A DNA stretch of 64,000 bases from Eledone cirrhosa. Taxonomy: Eukaryota. Made by a program: the position numbers and the translations under genes. The stretch's first letter is position 1. The number at the start of each line of letters is the position of its first letter. The notes beneath the pieces were generated by a model that was given only the letters and a program-made list of their open reading frames with translations, was not told where the DNA came from and did not search any database. Shown here one piece after another: positions 58,511 through 64,000 of the stretch. The stretch spans positions 37,448,001 to 37,512,000 of the forward strand of contig OZ024757.1 in the NCBI GenBank assembly GCA_964016885.1. Reading direction: 5' to 3'.

Positions 58511-58681
58511 TACTGTATTTCCTGGCTTCGAAGATGCTACTTTTTCCCTAAAATAAGTCTAAAAAATCTGTCATGCGCCCTGGCAGCCGAAGGTTGTTTA
58601 TTATTTTTTTCAAATGTTTGGTTGTCAAATTCAGGGTGTGTCCTTGAGGACGAAGCGTCTTCGGCGCCGGGAAATACAGTA
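58511..58681 (+). mobile_element. TA-flanked Tc1/mariner-pogo-like MITE
   Basis: TA-ctgtatttcc ... ggaaatacag-TA terminal inverted repeats. Confidence 0.75.
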
Positions 58682-58725
58682 CATATATAATATCTAATAT
58701 ATATTTTTTCTTTTTAATGCCCCAG

Positions 58726-58804
58726 GAAAGAATTAATCGAGGACTATGGTTCTGGAGACACTTACGATAGTGAAAAGGAACGAGATCGATTAACCGAGGA
58801 ATAT
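58726..58804 (+). CDS. MAP3K7: TAK1-like coiled-coil exon (KELIEDYGSGDTYDSEKERDRLTEEY)
   Basis: ccccag acceptor, gtaagt donor; phase 2 in and 0 out; aligns to human QELVAEL...QEHKKLLDE. Confidence 0.85.
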
Positions 58805-59011
58805 GTAAGTATATATAATAATTTTTTGCAGGGTTAGGGTTACCTTTTTTGTTTGTCTGTTTGTTTTGTTGCCTTGCTATTTCAAATAGTTGCTTATAAT
58901 GGAAGATAGGGAAAAATTGAAAAGTGAAAAAAGTAAAAAAGGAAATTTGACTTGAACACCTTCAGCAAAAGGAGTGTTATATTATCTGTAGACAGTCTCC
59001 AAGTATATATA

Positions 59012-59166
59012 TACCGTATTTCTCATGCCAAAGATGCACCCTAATTTTGACAACGAAAAATTTGAAAAATAATAATAAACAACCTTCGGCCTCCAGGACC
59101 CAGTGGTAGATTTTTGAGACTTATTTTAGGAAAAAAGTAGCATCTTCGACACCGTGAAATAAGGTA
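59012..59166 (-). mobile_element. Second copy of the TA MITE, inverted
   Basis: ta-ccgtatttc ... gaaataagg-ta; internal aataataaacaaccttcgg is the reverse complement of ccgaaggttgtttattatt in the first copy. Confidence 0.75.
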
Positions 59167-59254
59167 TATTGCATTAACTGGTTCTTATTCTTGGAGAGAA
59201 AGTTGAAGCTTTTTGCTCTACCATTGAAACATTGTTTTTCTTTTAAATTTTTAT

Positions 59255-59605
59255 TCAAATTCTGCTGAGCTTAGCTTTGCCTTTCATCCCTACGAGTGTC
59301 GATAAAATAAAATACCAGTATTGCACTGGGGTCAATTTAATCAACTTTTCCATCCCCCAAAATTGTTGGCCTTGTGCCTAAATCAGAAACCATTATTTGA
59401 CAGTATCAGTAGAGTGTTGGACACCATGCTTTGTGGCATAGTTACAGCCCTTTTCATTCTGAGTTCAAATCCTGCCGAGGTTAGCTTTGCCTTTCATCCT
59501 TACGGGGTTGATAAAATAAAGTAGCAGTAATGTATTGGGGTTGATTTAGTCGACTTTCCCCTCCCCCAAAATTGCTGGCCTTGTGCCTATATAAGAAACC
59601 ATTAT
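59255..59605 (+). mobile_element. Two tandem tRNA-SINE copies
   Basis: Core motif present twice. Confidence 0.8.
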
Positions 59606-59707
59606 TTTTTTTTTTTTTTCTTAATAAAACTATCCTTTTCTTCTTCTTTTACTCTCTCTCTCTCTCTATATATATATATATCTTTCTCTCTTTCTTTGTT
59701 TTTCCAG

Positions 59708-59770
59708 AATAGTCTGAGACTTCTTTACGATAACCTGAAGAAACAAGTGCAACAGTTGAAGAAAGATTAA
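59708..59770 (+). CDS. MAP3K7: TAK1-like last coding exon (NSLRLLYDNLKKQVQQLKKD-stop)
   Basis: Long pyrimidine tract with ttccag acceptor; TAA stop; aligns to human KSLSTYYQQCKKQL. Confidence 0.85.
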   Translation, partial: NSLRLLYDNLKKQVQQLKKD

Positions 59771-60010
59771 GATTAAAAGTTCCTAACTAACTGTACAGAA
59801 GTCCTTCATATTCCTGCTGCTGTTTAATAACCCCACCCATCCCCGAAACACAACACCATTATTGTTGGTTCTGACCACTCACCCCACCCCCACACGGCTT
59901 TCCCAACTCCACCACCACCACCTTACACTCCCTTCCTCCTTCCTGTAGAGAGATTAAAGATTAAAACATTTCTTCTTTTTCTTCCTCCGTGTTGGTGACC
60001 ACCACTGAAG

Positions 60011-60016
60011 AATAAA
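60011..60016 (+). promoter_or_regulatory. Candidate polyadenylation signal AATAAA
   Basis: First AATAAA about 240 nt after the stop; more distal sites exist near 61.1-61.2 kb. Confidence 0.35.
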
Positions 60017-60131
60017 TAATAACTTTGGATATATATATAAATGTATATGTGAATATATATATATATATAGATATATATAGCGTGGAAAATGGACGTTAAA
60101 CAAAGATGATGATGATATATATATAAATATA

Positions 60132-60162
<31 letters not shown>

Positions 60163-60165
60163 GTT

Positions 60166-60196
<31 letters not shown>

Positions 60197-60215
60197 TTAT
60201 CTATCCATATATATT

Positions 60216-60248
<33 letters not shown>

Positions 60249-60438
60249 TATATTATTTTGGCTGATTTCCAAGGCTTTTAATACTAAATTTTTGTGGAGG
60301 TGGGGAGCGACTTAAGACCTTTATTTTAAATAGTTCACTCAAATTAAATTGTTTTAATTTTTCAATTTTAAATTTAAATATACACACAAAGACATATATA
60401 TATATGTAAATATATATATATATATATATACATATATG

Positions 60439-60511
<73 letters not shown>

Positions 60512-60524
60512 AAATATATATATG

Positions 60525-60579
<55 letters not shown>

Positions 60580-60726
60580 AAATATATATGGGAATATATA
60601 TATATATATGTGAATACATATATATATATATGTATAAATATATGTGAATATATATATATATATATATATGTGAATACATATATATATATGTGTATAAATA
60701 TATGTGAATATATGTATAAATATATG

Positions 60727-60758
<32 letters not shown>

Positions 60759-60865
60759 CGTGAATATGTATATATGTGTGTGTGTAAATATATATATGTA
60801 TGTAAATATATGTATATATATACACACACACACACACACATATATATATACACACACACATACAG

Positions 60866-60934
<69 letters not shown>

Positions 60935-61450
60935 TTTCTTTTTTATTATTCAGTAATATTTTACTTGATCTTCTTTTCAGATGTTAATTTAAATTTTTTC
61001 GCCGCCTCCTCCTCCACCTACTCCCATTCCTCTCCCCACAGGATAATAGATATCTCCCTATAGGTATTCAAATATCTGTCTGTCTCTCTGTCCCTTTGTC
61101 TGTCTGTTTGTCTTTGTTTACAGGCAGAAGAAAAAAAATAAAAAGTATAAAGAAAAAAAAACTCAAAATACATGAACTGTGCAAAGTAATAAAAAATGCC
61201 CAAAAAATATATATAAAAGAAAAGAAAATAAGACATTTCTGTGTCACTGACAGATTTTTATTTGGGGGGTGGGGCTGGCTGGCGGGGTGCGGTGGGGGTG
61301 TTGCTAATTTAAACTTTGGAAAGGAGGGGAGGGTCATTGGGGTTTCTTACTGGTCCCTGAAACATCCAAGGGGTTCTTTGATCTTAAATTTCTTCTGTCG
61401 GTGGCAATCACTGAAAATATATATATATATATGTATATATATGTGCGTGC

Positions 61451-61502
<52 letters not shown>

Positions 61503-61651
61503 ACGAAATACTGATTAGTTAGCACCCCAAACACTAAATTGGGAAAATACTTAGGTATATGTTAATGTTTGATGAGTGAGATGGAGTTGGTCAGTGTATC
61601 ACTTAAGGCTTTCTCTGTTAATGTATTGTGTATATATATATATATATACAG

Positions 61652-61860
61652 TGAAGGCGCGTGGCTGAGTGGTTAGAGAATTGGATTCACAATCTTGAGG
61701 TTGTGAGTTTGATTCTGGACCGGGCGATGCGTTATGTCCTTGAGCAAGACACTTTATTTCACGTTGCTCCTTCTACCTGGAGTTGCGACTGATAGAGAGT
61801 ATTAGCAACTGGAAAGACCAACGGAAACATTATTTCCTCGGTCCGATTTGATGAAAGTCA
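61652..61860 (+). mobile_element. tRNA-derived CORE-like SINE
   Basis: A box tggctgagtggttag; tgtccttgagcaagacact core. Confidence 0.8.
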
Positions 61861-61888
<28 letters not shown>

Positions 61889-61895
<7 letters not shown>

Positions 61896-61974
61896 TAAAG
61901 TTAGTCCTTCATCAGTGATCTTCCAACCATCATTGGTTGGAAGATCACTGATGAAGGACTAACTTTATTCATAT
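61889..61974. repeat. Perfect 41-bp inverted repeat with a 4-nt loop
   Basis: atatgaataaagttagtccttcatcagtgatcttccaacca / tcat / exact reverse complement. Confidence 0.95.
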
Positions 61975-62020
61975 GTAACCACGCAGCACGTTTGTTCTTA
62001 TATATATATATGTATATATG

Positions 62021-62067
<47 letters not shown>

Positions 62068-62180
62068 GTATATATATATGTATATATATGTATATCTATA
62101 TATATGTATATGTATATATATGTATATATATATATGTATATCTATATATATGTATATGTATATATATGTATATATATATG

Positions 62181-62306
<126 letters not shown>

Positions 62307-63115
62307 CATATATACATATACATATATATATATGTGTTGTGTGTTGTGTTCTTAATCAAAACTCATCCTTTATTTCACGTTGTTCCAGTACACTCAGTTG
62401 AAAAATGTGTACCAGCAATAGGTGGTGGTTTATACCAGTGATGGACTGGTGAGACAGGCTTGAGACAGATTTTATCCCTGCATTGGACTGGCATCCCCTC
62501 CAGGAAGAAGTCCTGTACTCTCAGTCACTTAACACCGAGGAGATGACGAAGGAACGTGACATGTGGGGAGAAGCCATGCTGAGAAGGACCTGTCCAACCC
62601 ATGCAAGCATGGAAAAGCAGATGTAAAAACGATGATGCTGATGATGATGATACACAACAACAAGCGTTTTAAAGGCTATTTCTCATGCTAAAGCTGTGGT
62701 CAGTCTTGCATGGCATGGTGGTCCTTCATTGGTTTCATACTAACCATGGGGGAGGAGGTCCCATTTTTAGGCAATGTTTTAAACCCAGATGCTTTTCCTC
62801 GCTCTAGCCCTTTTAACTACTTAAGACATGCAGGGACATGGTGTACCTATTTTAAACTAGATATAGTATTGGTTTCTACCTGGATTTGCAACTGGTAGAT
62901 AGTATTAGCAATTGGAAAGACCGATTGAAACATTGTTTCCTCGGTCCGATTTCAAAAGCTCCCTCTCTCTCTCTCTTTATATATGTTTATATATATATAT
63001 ATACACTACTCATGCTAGCGAGCGTGGAATATAGATGTTAAACGATGATGATGATACTATATATATATATATACATATATACTATATATATATGTACTAT
63101 ATATATATATATATA

Positions 63116-63149
<34 letters not shown>

Positions 63150-63519
63150 TATATATATATACTATATATATATACTATATATATATATATACTATATATA
63201 TATATATATATAGTATTGGTTTAAATTTGTGCATACTACTATAATAGTCCTGGTTTAGAGTATAACGTTTAGGCCAGGCACAGACAACCTTTGCCCAGCA
63301 GTGGGTCAAATAGGATACGGTTCATCTTAAAGCAGGTCACATTACTAAAATTTCAAGGTAATCTTTAAATTAGGTGCCATAGAGAAAGCCAACCAGTCCC
63401 CTCGTCCTCTTTATTTTATTTTTTTAATTTCTAAATAAATGGTTTTCATGACTTTCGATGAAATAACAACATAGCGTTATTTTCTTTGCCAATATATTTT
63501 TTGTTATTATTATTATTAA

Positions 63520-63718
63520 ATGGTGGTGGATTGGCAGTATCGATAGAGGGTCGCATACCATGCTTTTCAGCACAGAGTTACGGCCCTTTACGGTCTGAGT
63601 TCAAATCCTGCCGAGGTTAACTTTGCCTTTTATCCTTACGGGGTTGATAAAATAAAAAGCACCAGTAATGTGCTGGGGTAAATTTGCTGGCCTTGTGTCA
63701 AAAGTAGAAACAATTATT
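63520..63718 (+). mobile_element. tRNA-SINE (Meta-like core)
   Basis: Full copy with (TTA)n tail. Confidence 0.85.
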
Positions 63719-64000
63719 AATATTATTATTATTGTTATTATTATTATTATTATTGTCTTTATTATTTTCTAATTTAAAATTTTAGAAATAAAGATGTTAT
63801 GATCACTTCAAATAGAATTTTATCTGGGTTTAGCTGTACAAACGGGAGAAAATGAAACTTAGTACATGGGCAGAGTGATGTGTATTTTATGAAAGCTGTG
63901 AAGTTATCCAAATGTACTGGAGAGCTCGTAGCTTCATGCCTAAGGTTACTTATCAAAGACCTACACATACATTAAAACACAGACACACACATATATACAA

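Noticed and set aside
61652-61725. tRNA-like sequence
   Set aside because: SINE head continuing into a CORE-like body; no intact cloverleaf.

Overview
AT-rich, microsatellite-saturated animal genomic DNA. The repeat landscape (tRNA-derived SINEs, RTE and R4/Dong LINE fragments, TTAA MITEs, long (AT)n/(CA)n/(CT)n runs) suggests an octopod cephalopod, by inference. Nearly all ORFs in the supplied track are simple-repeat artefacts. The real content is the 3' half of a + strand MAP3K7/TAK1-like gene: ten small GT-AG exons (1922-1988, 24603-24784, 25667-25802, 40314-40418, 43329-43559, 44472-44518, 47099-47158, 51969-52024, 58726-58804, 59708-59770) splice in one frame (1026 nt, 341 aa + stop), from the post-kinase motif [12 protein letters not shown] to the TAB2/3-binding coiled-coil tail. 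Highlights: (i) a frame-preserving 105-nt exon with GHRRSGSYGN, resembling vertebrate TAK1 cassette exon 12, with an RBFOX TGCATG just upstream; (ii) several exons bracketed by inverted repeat pairs; (iii) satellites built from one RTE LINE segment; (iv) a Penelope-type minimal hammerhead ribozyme and related hairpins. Homology calls come from manual translation and recalled sequences; no searches were run, and repeat boundaries are approximate.
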